Source: Geobacter sulfurreducens PCA (GTDB lineage: Bacteria > Desulfobacterota > Desulfuromonadia > Geobacterales > Geobacteraceae). From it: a DNA stretch of 32,000 bases. The notes beneath the pieces were generated by a model. The model was not told where the DNA came from. It did not search any database and worked only from the letters and a program-made list of their open reading frames with translations. This document shows positions 1-12,098 of the stretch, piece after piece (position 1 is the stretch's first letter; each line of letters begins with the position of its first letter). The stretch is from contig NC_002939.5 in the NCBI RefSeq assembly GCF_000007985.2, positions 2,400,001 through 2,432,000 of the forward strand, given 5' to 3'. Both the position numbers and the translations under genes were made by a program.

Positions 1-51
1 AATATCAACTCACCCGTTGACGCAATCATGCAGAACCGCTAGAGTGGAGCG

Positions 52-1239
52 ATGCTACCGGTGGCCGACGACATGAAACACTCTCAGACCGAGACTACTC
101 CAACCAGCCATTTCGCGCCGGCCGAACGTGCCTCTGACCGCCAAGTGGCGGAGATGGGCGGACGGGTTCTCGTGGACCGCGTACTCGGTGCACTGATCGA
201 GGCATTGCCCGACTACATCCTCGTCCTGAACCGGGAACGTCAGGTCGTGGCGGCCAACCAGCGACTCCTCGAGGCCTTTGGCCTCACGGACATGGGTGCA
301 ATTATGGGCAAACGCCCCGGCGAAGCCTTCGGCTGTACGTTCGCCTCGGACGGCCCCGGCGGGTGTGGCACCGATCACCACTGCTCGGTCTGCGGAGCGG
401 TCCGGTCGATCCTGGAATGCCAGGAGAACAATGCCCCCAGCAGGCATGAGTGCCGCATTACCCTCAATCGCTCGGGTGGGCTTTCCCTTGACCTGGAAGT
501 GCTCTCCAATCCGGCCCAGGTGGACGGCATCCCCGTCACGGTCTGCATCATCCGCGACATCAGCGACCGCAAGCGGCGCACCATCCTGGAACGGGTGTTT
601 TTCCACGATGTCATCAATACGGTGGGAGGCCTGCACGGCATCGCCGCGCTGCTGGCCGAAGGGAAAGGGATCTCGCCGGAGAAGGAAGCCGAGTACAAAG
701 AATGGATGGTGCACCTGTCGAACCGTCTCATCGACGAAATCAACCACCACCGCAAGCTGCTTGCCGCCGAGAAGGGAGAATTCCGGCCCGACCTGGGCAT
801 GGTGGACGTGCAGCAACTGGCGCGCGAGGTTCAGGCCTTGTACGTGAACCACGACATTGCTCAGGGACGCAGACTTGTGCTCGGTCCCCTAGCGGAACTG
901 ACCATCGTGAGCGATCTCCAGATCCTGCGGCGCATTCTCGGCAATCTGGTCAAAAACGCCCTTGAAGCGACACCCGAGGGAGGAACCGTCACCATTGCCG
1001 CGCGCCAGGAAGGGGACGGGGTCAGCTTCACCGTTCACAATCCGGGCCTGATTCCGCCAGAGGTCCAGTTGCAGATCTTCCAGCGCTCTTTCAGCACCAA
1101 GGAGGGCACCGGCCGCGGTATCGGCACTTACAGCGTCCGCCTCTTCGGCGAACGCTACCTGAAGGGTACCATCACCTTTACGAGCACCGAGCGCGAAGGC
1201 ACCACCTTTACCGCCAGCTTCCCCAGACAGATATCCTGA
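52..1239 (+). CDS. Soluble sensor histidine kinase with Cys-rich PAS-like N-terminal domain
   Basis: 395-aa ORF with ATG at 52. H-box FFHDVINTVGGLHG, N-box NLVKNALEA, G-boxes HNPG and GTGRGIGT (HisKA plus HATPase_c). No hydrophobic TM segment. Six Cys clustered at aa 95-134. No response regulator adjacent. Confidence 0.8.
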   Translation: MLPVADDMKHSQTETTPTSHFAPAERASDRQVAEMGGRVLVDRVLGALIEALPDYILVLNRERQVVAANQRLLEAFGLTDMGAIMGKRPGEAFGCTFASDGPGGCGTDHHCSVCGAVRSILECQENNAPSRHECRITLNRSGGLSLDLEVLSNPAQVDGIPVTVCIIRDISDRKRRTILERVFFHDVINTVGGLHGIAALLAEGKGISPEKEAEYKEWMVHLSNRLIDEINHHRKLLAAEKGEFRPDLGMVDVQQLAREVQALYVNHDIAQGRRLVLGPLAELTIVSDLQILRRILGNLVKNALEATPEGGTVTIAARQEGDGVSFTVHNPGLIPPEVQLQIFQRSFSTKEGTGRGIGTYSVRLFGERYLKGTITFTSTEREGTTFTASFPRQIS

Positions 1240-1245
1240 GCCCGC

Positions 1246-2412
1246 TCACCCGAGCCGCTCTTCCAGCCGGCGAAAATATTCCCCGCGGCACCAGTTCTCC
1301 ACGGACACCAGGGCCCGGAACGCGTCGGCAAAGTCCGTCTCTCCCACCGTAAAGACCCCGTGGCCATAGACCACCGCCTTGCGCGGGCCCGCGATCGCCG
1401 GCGGCACCCTCCTGGCAAGCCCGCCGGCGCCGATCTCGCCCGCCACCACCGGCGTATCGCCGAGAAACCGCACCCGGTCGCACTCCTTCCAGCAGTCGGT
1501 AATGGCGCACCCTTCTTCCGCGCACTCCATGCTCATGATCACCGCGAACTTGGGGTGACCGTGAAGAATGGTCGCAGCGCCGGTAGCCTCGTAAATCCGC
1601 CGGTGGGCCAGGAGTTCGCTGGAGGCGGTAATGCCGAAGGTGGATGAATTGTCCGTGGGGACCGGGTCGATGCAGCCGGCCAGGGAATCCAGGCTCGCCG
1701 CGGTCTGGGAGATGTAGATCACCTCGCCGGCACGGCATGAAATGTTGCCGAAGAAGGAATCCACCAGCCCCCGTTCAACCGTGTAGCGCCCCACCGTGGC
1801 GATTTCGTCGAGGATCTCGTCCCGTTCCGCCAAGGGGCCGGACCGGAAGGCGAGCCCTTCATCCGTAAGCGGCCGGAGCCACTGGCTGCGGAACGCGGCA
1901 AATGCCTCCGCCTCCCCCGGCAGGATGAAGCCGTGGTGAAGCACATCCTGGAGATACTTCACGAAGGTCGAATGAAATACCGAGGAGTAGTTGATATAGG
2001 CCTGTTCTACGGTAAGGGCTCCGCTGGCCACGATCCCTACCCCTTCCACGACCACTCCCTTGCGGCTGCCAAGGAGGCGGGCGATAACGGGAGCGGGATC
2101 GGCGCCAAGGTCGCTGCGGCGCAGAAAGGGGATATCGTGCAGAAAGGTCCGGGTTTCCGTGTCACGGGGCACGATGCACGACTCCCCGGCCGGGGCGCGG
2201 GCCACCAGGAAATCGGCAAAGGGGAGCGATGGGCAGGCCACCACCATGCCGAGGCAGGTGAGCCGGGACAGAACGTCTCCAGCAAGCCGGGCCAGGTCAG
2301 GGGCACCCCCGGCAATGAGGACGTCGTCCTGGGCTGCTATGGCTATGCCTTGGGCATGTGCCGAGCGGTCGGCAATGAGTTTGTTCGTGTAGACAGACAC
2401 CTGGTCGCGCAT
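1246..2412 (-). CDS. Class II aldolase/adducin-domain protein (two-domain, 388 aa)
   Basis: 388-aa ORF with ATG at 2412. C-terminal half has the aldolase-II-like pattern (GNISCR..., ATILHGHPKFAVIMS with His pair). Same strand as and downstream of the AOR gene. The function call rests on family resemblance only. Confidence 0.6.
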   Translation of the reverse strand: MRDQVSVYTNKLIADRSAHAQGIAIAAQDDVLIAGGAPDLARLAGDVLSRLTCLGMVVACPSLPFADFLVARAPAGESCIVPRDTETRTFLHDIPFLRRSDLGADPAPVIARLLGSRKGVVVEGVGIVASGALTVEQAYINYSSVFHSTFVKYLQDVLHHGFILPGEAEAFAAFRSQWLRPLTDEGLAFRSGPLAERDEILDEIATVGRYTVERGLVDSFFGNISCRAGEVIYISQTAASLDSLAGCIDPVPTDNSSTFGITASSELLAHRRIYEATGAATILHGHPKFAVIMSMECAEEGCAITDCWKECDRVRFLGDTPVVAGEIGAGGLARRVPPAIAGPRKAVVYGHGVFTVGETDFADAFRALVSVENWCRGEYFRRLEERLG

Positions 2413-2527
2413 ATACTTACCCGTTTATTTCGTTGCTACCGACAATCAATGCCGGCCAGCAAAAATTGTTATTCAACAACCAGATAGATAAGCATTGCTC
2501 ACGTATCGGTTCCGGCCACGAAGGCAA

Positions 2528-4267
2528 TCAGGGTTGCGTGAGCAGAAAGTCCGGATCCGCAAAGGTCCCTGCCGGCGTGAGCCCCCGAATCCGGTAGTAC
2601 TTCTGAAGCTCCTCGTCGAACCGGCCACGGTCGATGGGGGGAATGTCGACCCCTTCGCCGCTGGAGCCGGGTTCCGCAAAAAACCTCGCGGGCAGACAAT
2701 CATCCTTCACATCAAATCCGTTCGCACAGTTGTAGAACCGTTCGGTGAGACAGATCCGCCGCCCGATCTCCTTGAGGGACTGGGGCGTGTACTCGGTGCC
2801 GGTTGCGGCGGAGAGCAGTTCGGCATACTCTTCCAGCGTTGCACCGAAAAAGGAGAACTTACAGGCGACCAGGGAGTCGATGGCGGCATTGGTGTCTTCG
2901 GCAATGGCAATGATCCGCGCCTTGCCCGAAAACGAGAAACGGTCGGTGGCCACGGGCTTGCGCAGAATCTCGTGGGAGATGGGATAGGCCCTCAGATGGC
3001 ACCCCCCGCGATTGCTCGTACAGTAGGCGAGGGCCATGCCGTAGGCGCCGCGGGGATCATATGCCGGCAACTCCAGTCCCTTTACCTCCATGGACAGCTC
3101 AGGGCGGCCCAACGCTCGGGCTGCGCGCCGCGATCCCAAGGAAAGCAGCTCCCCGTCACCCCGGCGTAATGCCGTATCGACCAGCAGCCGCTGCACCTCC
3201 TCCCCGCCAGGGAAGCGGCCTCGGACCTCGCCCCAGGCCGAGAGCGTTGCGGCTGCGGAAATGGTGTCCATGCCCAGCTCATTGCACAGGGTGTTGGACT
3301 TGACGATGACATCAAGGCTCGCGATACCGTTCAGGGCGCCGAAGTGGGAAACAGTCTCGTACTCGGGGAGATGCTCACCCCGGGGCGTGCTTTTTTTGCA
3401 CTGGATGGGACAGCCGTAGCAGCCGTCCTTTTTCGCCTGATAGGCGCTCCGGATGGCCGGCCCCGAGTAGTTTGCCGATCCCTCGAAGACCGTATGGCGG
3501 AAGTTTTCCGTAGGGGCCATGCGCCGCTGGCGCATGAGGTCCACCAGGGCGGGGGTGCCATATTCCGCAATGCCCAGCTCACCGAAGATGACGGGCGAGG
3601 CCCGGAACAGGCGCATGACGTCCTGCCGCGCCCGGTCGAACCGCTCCCGATCCGCAACCGCCACGGGAATATCGCCGTTCACCACGACCGCCTTGAGCCC
3701 CTTGGCCCCCATGACCGCACCAAGCCCTCCCCGCCCTACCGAATTCCCTTCGCCCATCATGATATTGGCAAAGAGAACCCCGTTCTCGCCGGCAGGTCCG
3801 ATAGCGGCCACGCTACCCCGCCCTGACAGGGCCGCAACGGTTTCAGGCACCGTCTGACCCCAAAGCTCGGGCACATCCACAAACTCGACCCCGCCCGCCG
3901 TCACGACCAGGGTCACCGGCGTCTCGCTCCGGCCGGACAGGCGCAGCGCATCCACACCGAGACCCTTGAGGCGCCAAGCGAACCGCCCGCCGGCAGAACA
4001 ATCGTAAATGGTGCCGGTCAGGGGCGAGCGGGACACTACCGTAAGCCGGGCCGCCGTGGGCGCAGAAGTACCGCACAGGGGCCCCACGGCGAAGATGAGG
4101 GGCATGACAGGGTCAAAGGGGTCAAGGGCATGGAAACCGCGCATGAGACGGACCCCGAGCCCTCTCCCCCCCAGGTAGGCGTGCAAGAGTTCAACCGACA
4201 GATCCTCGCGCCATGCTGCGCGGGACGACAGATCAATATTCAGAATCGTACCGGTCCAACCAAACAT
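2528..4267 (-). CDS. aor: Aldehyde:ferredoxin oxidoreductase, tungstopterin/[4Fe-4S] family
   Basis: The ORF track gives 2528..4279 (GTG). I prefer the ATG at 4267 because AOR proteins start M(F/Y)GW.G..L..(D/N)L, here MFGWTGTILNIDLS. Contains CYGCPIQCKK (C-x2-C-x3-C cluster ligands), GLGAVMGAKGLKAVVV and CHLRAYP. Confidence 0.85.
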   Translation of the reverse strand: MFGWTGTILNIDLSSRAAWREDLSVELLHAYLGGRGLGVRLMRGFHALDPFDPVMPLIFAVGPLCGTSAPTAARLTVVSRSPLTGTIYDCSAGGRFAWRLKGLGVDALRLSGRSETPVTLVVTAGGVEFVDVPELWGQTVPETVAALSGRGSVAAIGPAGENGVLFANIMMGEGNSVGRGGLGAVMGAKGLKAVVVNGDIPVAVADRERFDRARQDVMRLFRASPVIFGELGIAEYGTPALVDLMRQRRMAPTENFRHTVFEGSANYSGPAIRSAYQAKKDGCYGCPIQCKKSTPRGEHLPEYETVSHFGALNGIASLDVIVKSNTLCNELGMDTISAAATLSAWGEVRGRFPGGEEVQRLLVDTALRRGDGELLSLGSRRAARALGRPELSMEVKGLELPAYDPRGAYGMALAYCTSNRGGCHLRAYPISHEILRKPVATDRFSFSGKARIIAIAEDTNAAIDSLVACKFSFFGATLEEYAELLSAATGTEYTPQSLKEIGRRICLTERFYNCANGFDVKDDCLPARFFAEPGSSGEGVDIPPIDRGRFDEELQKYYRIRGLTPAGTFADPDFLLTQP

Positions 4268-4337
4268 ATACTTACCCACTTATTGCGGCGTCAAAAATAA
4301 AATAATCTTAGCCAGATGCATCATCCGACTCCTACGC

Positions 4338-4991
4338 TCAGACAAAGAGCGGCAGAGTCACCAGGGCACCATAGGTGTCGACCAGATAGTCGGCGTCGGC
4401 AATTTCGCTCCGTTCACCATATCCCCAGGTACACCCCACGGTGGTAACGCCCGCCCCTTTGCCGGCGGCCACGTCATTGATACTGTCGCCGATGATGACG
4501 GCCCGTTCCCGCGGCACGCCAAAGTCCGCCAACAGCTTCAGTACAGGCTCCGGTGACGGCTTGCGCGCGGGAAGCGAGTCCGCCCCCATGATCTCCTCGA
4601 ACCACTGCTCGGCCCCCAGGGCAACGAGCACGCTGCGACAGAGATCGACGTTCTTGTTGGAGATGACCGCCATCCGCTTTCCCTGTCCGCGAAACCGGGC
4701 CAGCGCCTCCAGAGCACCCGGGTAGAAGGCCGTACGCACCGCGATGTGTTCCCGGTTGTAGTCGAGAAACAGCTCCAGCCCGCGCTCGATCTCTGCCGCG
4801 GCGCCGCCGGGCATGGCGCGCTCCACCAGCCGCCGCGCCCCCTGCCCCACCATGGTGCGAACGGCATCGCGGGTGAGACGCTCCCGCCCCAGCGCGGAGA
4901 GCATATGGTTCACGGCATCGGTGAGATCGTCGAGAGAATCGATAAGGGTTCCATCAAGGTCGAAGATGATAAGATCAATTGAAGGGGGCAC
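4338..4991 (-). CDS. gph: HAD-superfamily phosphatase, phosphoglycolate phosphatase-like
   Basis: 217 aa with GTG start at 4991 and GGAG 9 nt upstream. HAD motif I FDLDGTL, motif II ISNK, motif IV GDSINDV. Confidence 0.7.
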   Translation of the reverse strand: MPPSIDLIIFDLDGTLIDSLDDLTDAVNHMLSALGRERLTRDAVRTMVGQGARRLVERAMPGGAAAEIERGLELFLDYNREHIAVRTAFYPGALEALARFRGQGKRMAVISNKNVDLCRSVLVALGAEQWFEEIMGADSLPARKPSPEPVLKLLADFGVPRERAVIIGDSINDVAAGKGAGVTTVGCTWGYGERSEIADADYLVDTYGALVTLPLFV

Positions 4992-5061
4992 GGCCGGGCT
5001 CCGTCATGTGATATCAGCTCAACATCTGACTATAATTGGTTTCCGTGCCCCACCGCAACAG

Positions 5062-5090
5062 AAAAGCCCGTCCGCAGCCGGACGGGCTTT
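5062..5090 (-). terminator. Rho-independent terminator after the ferritin-like gene
   Basis: On the minus strand AGCCCGTCCG-GCTG-CGGACGGGCT (10-bp stem) is followed by TTTTCTGTT. It lies 23 nt downstream of the stop at 5113. Confidence 0.75.
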
Positions 5091-5112
5091 GTAACGCCAC
5101 GCGCACTCTCCG

Positions 5113-5604
5113 TCAGTACTCCTTGAGGTTGCTGAATTCGCCCCAGGCCAGATAGGTCTTGGGCTCCTCAATGAACGAGTAGATATTTTCAACAATGCTC
5201 AGGTGCCTCCGCTCCTCATCGGCGAGCTTGAGCAGAATGGCGCGCGTGTCCTCCCGCTCCGCCTTGGCAGCCAGATCCTCGTAAAACTTGATGCTTTCTT
5301 CTTCCTCTTTCACCACATGCCGGTAACCGTCCGGGTCGCGCCGCAGTTCCGCCACCAGATCACGTTTGCCGAGCAGCGGCTTGAACACGCACGAGGCATC
5401 ATCCAGAGCAGTGAATGCGGTCGCGGCGGCATCGGCATCGCCAAGCATGGCGACGAGTTTGTCGTGGTGCTCCTTTTCAGCCGCGGCCAGCAGCCCGAAG
5501 ATACTCCTCAACTCTTCCACCGGCGCAGCAGCCGCCAGTTGGCTGTAATGGGCGGCTGCCTCTTCTTCCATCCTGAGAGCGCAGTCGATGAGATTCATAT
5601 TCAA
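5113..5604 (-). CDS. Ferritin-like/rubrerythrin-family di-iron protein (no rubredoxin domain)
   Basis: 163 aa. Two E...ExxH-type helices (EEEAAAHY...EKEHHDKL and EEEESIKFYEDL...DEERRHLSIVE). Confidence 0.65.
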   Translation of the reverse strand: MNMNLIDCALRMEEEAAAHYSQLAAAAPVEELRSIFGLLAAAEKEHHDKLVAMLGDADAAATAFTALDDASCVFKPLLGKRDLVAELRRDPDGYRHVVKEEEESIKFYEDLAAKAEREDTRAILLKLADEERRHLSIVENIYSFIEEPKTYLAWGEFSNLKEY

Positions 5605-5742
5605 GCCCCCTTTCCTTGGAGTGACTATTGGTACTCCTACTGAAAGGATACCAGATTACTCCGTTTTTTTCACGGGGGCCGAGCGGGAAAGAAGGGGTTG
5701 CATATGAAAAGGGCGCCGTTGCCGGCGCCCTTTGCGGTGTGT

Positions 5743-8789
<3,047 letters not shown>

Positions 8790-8853
8790 TTAGTGGTGGG
8801 TCTCAAAGTATTAACCGAAAAGAATAGTGGAGGGACAAGGATGAGTCAAGGGG

Positions 8854-8890
8854 AAAAACCGGGGCCGGAGAGTATACGTTCCCCGGCCCC
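8854..8890 (-). terminator. Rho-independent terminator after the M42 peptidase gene
   Basis: On the minus strand GGGGCCGGGGA-ACGTATAC-TCTCCGGCCCC (11-bp stem with one G.U) is followed by GGTTTTTCC. Confidence 0.75.
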
Positions 8891-8906
8891 GGTCTATGGT
8901 GCGCGG

Positions 8907-9986
8907 TCAGCGGGGAGTGAAGTCGCCCGCCATCCCCGGCAAGGCCGCCACGATCAGCCTGACCGCCTGATCAAGATCGGAGAGGGAAATCACCTCCACC
9001 GGCGTATGCATGTAGCGGAGCGGCAGCTTGACCAGGGCGGTGGCGACGCCGCCGCGGGAGATCTGCATGACGTTGGCATCGGTACCGGAAGCCCGGGGGA
9101 TACCCGTATACTGGACAGCGATCTCCTCACGCTCCGCCGTTGAGGAAAGCAGATCAAAGAGAGGCGGATTGATATTGGCCCCACGGGGCAGGATCGGCCC
9201 CTTGCCGAGCTTGACCTCGCCGTTGTGCTTCTTCTCCACGTCGGGCTGATCAGTGGCGAAGTCCACCTCGACGCAGATACCCACGTGGGGATTGACGCTG
9301 TAGGCGCTGGTTGCGCCGCCGCGCAGCCCGATCTCTTCCTGTACCGAGGAGACGCCGTACAGATCAACCGGCAGTTTCACCCCCGATTCGGCCACGGCCC
9401 GGAGCACCTCGGCCACCACGAAGCTGCCGGCCTTGTCGTCGAACGCCCGGCAGGCAACCCGATCGCCCAGCAGGCGTTCGAAGCCGGCGGCAAAGGTGAC
9501 CGGGTCACCCACACGCACGTACTCCAGGGCCTCCTTCTTGTCGGTAGCGCCTATGTCGATGTACTGGGCGTCGAGGCGAACCACCTTCCGCCGGTCTTCC
9601 TCGTCCATCAAATGGATCGGCTTCTTGCCGATGACGCCTGCCACCTCGCCCTTGGCCGTGTGGATGCGAACCCGCTTCCCCGGCGTCAGGTGGGCGTCCA
9701 CCCCGCCGATCGGCGCAAAATAGATGAAGCCGTTGTCGTCGATGTACTTGACCTGAAAGCCTATCTCATCCGAGTGGCCGACCACCATCACCCGCGGCAG
9801 GTTCTCCCCCCCGCCGCGAATGAGACCGATCACGTTGCCCATGACATCGGTCTTCACCTCCGCGAAGGGGGCTATGTAGTCGCGAAACACCCGTTGGGCC
9901 GGCTGCTCGTAGCCGGAAGGGCTGGGGGCCTCCACAAGTTTTTTGAAAAATTCCAGAGATTCCGGACGCATGAAAGAATCCTCCAC
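8907..9986 (-). CDS. M42-family metallo-aminopeptidase (FrvX/endoglucanase-like)
   Basis: 359 aa. Pattern L...PSPSGYE near the N-terminus, VMVVGHSDEIGF, AFDDKAG and VQEEIGLRG are typical of M42 peptidases. Confidence 0.8.
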   Translation of the reverse strand: MEDSFMRPESLEFFKKLVEAPSPSGYEQPAQRVFRDYIAPFAEVKTDVMGNVIGLIRGGGENLPRVMVVGHSDEIGFQVKYIDDNGFIYFAPIGGVDAHLTPGKRVRIHTAKGEVAGVIGKKPIHLMDEEDRRKVVRLDAQYIDIGATDKKEALEYVRVGDPVTFAAGFERLLGDRVACRAFDDKAGSFVVAEVLRAVAESGVKLPVDLYGVSSVQEEIGLRGGATSAYSVNPHVGICVEVDFATDQPDVEKKHNGEVKLGKGPILPRGANINPPLFDLLSSTAEREEIAVQYTGIPRASGTDANVMQISRGGVATALVKLPLRYMHTPVEVISLSDLDQAVRLIVAALPGMAGDFTPR

Positions 9987-10036
9987 GATAGCGGGTCAGG
10001 GGCACGGGCCACGGCCTGCCGGCCGCTGCCCTGATG

Positions 10037-10537
10037 TCACATGGGATACTTGCCGAGATCGGCGGGATCGAGGCCTTCGAGAAAATCGACGAAACGACGC
10101 TCGTCGGCCTCCGTGAAGTGGTCGCCCATGGTGCCGGCCGGGGCGGTCGCCTCCTCCACCAGATGGCGGGGAACCATGACCGGCAGGGCATTTTTGAGGG
10201 CGAGGACGATGGCTTCCGAAATGCGGACCGGCAGGCGCAACTCCTCTTCCCCCACCATGAGCCGGACGGAGCAGATGAACTTGCCGTCCTTGCCGCCGTC
10301 AATGGAAATATCGAGCACCTCGGCCCCCAGATGGCCGAGCAATGCCGTGAGCAGGTCCTTGCGCTCCCCCGAGGAAGAGGCGTCCCGCCTGATCAGCTCC
10401 GCCACGATATAGAGGGTGTCGGTGCCGTTGATCCAGATGGGCAGCGTTACTTCGCCGCGTTCATCCTTCAGGAGCACCACCGGCATCTGGGCGATGGAGT
10501 CAAGGGCAAAGCCGTGGATGGTCATAACGATGTGCAT
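10037..10537 (-). CDS. DUF151/bifunctional-nuclease-family protein
   Basis: 166 aa. MPVVLLKDERGEVTLPIWI...resembles the N-terminal signature of the BFN/DUF151 family as I recall it. The ATG shares one base with the miaB TAA (TAATG at 10535-10539). Confidence 0.55.
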   Translation of the reverse strand: MHIVMTIHGFALDSIAQMPVVLLKDERGEVTLPIWINGTDTLYIVAELIRRDASSSGERKDLLTALLGHLGAEVLDISIDGGKDGKFICSVRLMVGEEELRLPVRISEAIVLALKNALPVMVPRHLVEEATAPAGTMGDHFTEADERRFVDFLEGLDPADLGKYPM

Positions 10538-11877
10538 TACCGTGCGTCCCCTTTATCGGTGACGATTTCGCCCAGCAGCGAATTCTGATAGTCCTGGGTG
10601 ATGGTTACCTCTGCCATGGTTCCGATGAGCGACTGGTCGGCCGCGAAGTTGACGATCCGGTTGCCGTCGATGCGACCGTAGAGCTGATCGCCTCGCTTGC
10701 TCACCCCCTCCACCAGGACAAGCTGGCGGGTGCCGACAAAGCTGATGTTGCGCTCGCGCTTCATCTGCTGCTGGAGTGTCTGGAGCCGGTCGAGGCGCGA
10801 CTGCTTCTCCTTCCGGCTCACCGTATCCCGGATACCGGCCGCGGCCGTTTCAGGGCGCGGCGAGTAGATGAAGGAAAAGAGATCGGCGTAGCGCACTTCC
10901 TCCATGAGCGAGATGGTTGCCTGGAAGTCCTCTTCCGTCTCACCCGGGAAGCCCACGATCATGTCTCCCGTGAACTGGATACCCGGCCGGGCTGCCCTGA
11001 GGGCCTCCACCTTTTCGAGGTACCCGGCCCGGGTGTATCCCCGGTTCATGCGCGCAAGGACCGCATCGCTCCCCGACTGGGCCGGCAGATGAATGTGGCC
11101 GCACAGCTTGGGTACCTCGGCGAAGCAGGCGATGAGCTCGGGCGAGATATCCTTCGGGTGTGACGTGGTGAAACGTATCCGTTCAAGCCCCTCCACCTCG
11201 GCAATGCGACGGATGAGTCCGGCGAACGACAACTCTCCCTCGGTCTTGAGACCATAAGAGTTGACATTCTGCCCCAGAAGAGTCACTTCCTTGACACCCT
11301 CCGCAACGGACTTTCGCACCTCGTCAATTATGTCGGATGAACGGCGACTTATCTCGCGCCCCCTCACATAGGGGACAATGCAGTAGGAACAAAAATTGTC
11401 ACAACCCTGCATCACCGTCACAAAGCGGGTGACACCACCCTCTCCACCTGTCTCGGGGAACAGGTCGAGCCGGGTTTCGTTGTCGATGAACCCCACCTCG
11501 GCCCGGCGCTCGCCCCGCTCGGCCGCCCGCACAATCTCCGGCAGCAGGTGGAGATTGTGGGTGCCGAAGACCAGATCGAGCCAGGGAACCTTCTGCAGCA
11601 GGCGCTCTCCCTCCTGCTGTGCCACACACCCCCCCACGCCGAGCAGGAATCCCTTCTTCCTGCTCCGGACGCCCTTGAACCGGCCAAGGTGCCCGTATAC
11701 TTTCTGCTCGGCCTTGGCCCTCACGCTGCACGTGTTGAGAATGACCAAGTCGGCCCGTTCCGGATCGTCGGTGGGGAGATACCCCTCATCTTTCAGGAGC
11801 GTCGCGATCTTTTCGGAGTCGTTGACATTCATCTGACATCCGAATGTTTCTACATACAGATACTTGTTTTCCGTCAC
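10537..11877 (-). CDS. miaB: tRNA-2-methylthio-N6-dimethylallyladenosine synthase (radical SAM methylthiotransferase)
   Basis: The ORF track starts at a TTG (11937). I prefer the GTG at 11877, preceded by GGAAAGAGG with a 6-nt spacer, giving VTENKYLYVETFGCQMN as typical for MiaB. Radical-SAM CDNFCSYC. C-terminal TRAM-like region. Confidence 0.9.
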   Translation of the reverse strand: MTENKYLYVETFGCQMNVNDSEKIATLLKDEGYLPTDDPERADLVILNTCSVRAKAEQKVYGHLGRFKGVRSRKKGFLLGVGGCVAQQEGERLLQKVPWLDLVFGTHNLHLLPEIVRAAERGERRAEVGFIDNETRLDLFPETGGEGGVTRFVTVMQGCDNFCSYCIVPYVRGREISRRSSDIIDEVRKSVAEGVKEVTLLGQNVNSYGLKTEGELSFAGLIRRIAEVEGLERIRFTTSHPKDISPELIACFAEVPKLCGHIHLPAQSGSDAVLARMNRGYTRAGYLEKVEALRAARPGIQFTGDMIVGFPGETEEDFQATISLMEEVRYADLFSFIYSPRPETAAAGIRDTVSRKEKQSRLDRLQTLQQQMKRERNISFVGTRQLVLVEGVSKRGDQLYGRIDGNRIVNFAADQSLIGTMAEVTITQDYQNSLLGEIVTDKGDAR

Positions 11878-12081
11878 GTAGTGCCTCTTTCCAGGTAACT
11901 CCCGCCTATAGTAAGCAATCGGGGGCTCGGACGTCAACCGCTATCGCCACCGGGCATCCGTCATGGCCGCGTTACGTGATTCTGCCAATTGACCGAGGCG
12001 ATTTCGCCATGTGACGGAACCGAAACACAGGTTTTGCAACCAACATACAGAAATACAGATATTTGCATTTTATATCTTAAT

Positions 12082-12098
12082 TGGTCTTTATATTGCAT
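12082..12098 (+). promoter_or_regulatory. Candidate sigma54 (-24/-12) promoter upstream of the porin-like gene
   Basis: TGGTCTTTATATTGCAT has GG (12083-84), exactly 10 nt, then GC (12095-96). The -12 element TTGCAT is consensus and the -24 element is TGG only. It would give a leader of about 210 nt. Confidence 0.3.

Noticed and set aside
1240-1245. Only 6 nt between the convergent stops of the kinase and the aldolase-like gene, with no terminator hairpin.
   Set aside because: This is a real observation, but tight convergent gene ends are common in compact genomes, and I see no structure suggesting a regulatory antisense overlap.
4265-4302. Sigma70-like TTGACG-N18-TATATG upstream of the AOR gene (minus strand).
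   Set aside because: The putative -10 hexamer overlaps the ATG start codon, so transcription would begin inside the coding region. This is inconsistent with the conserved MFGW N-terminus.
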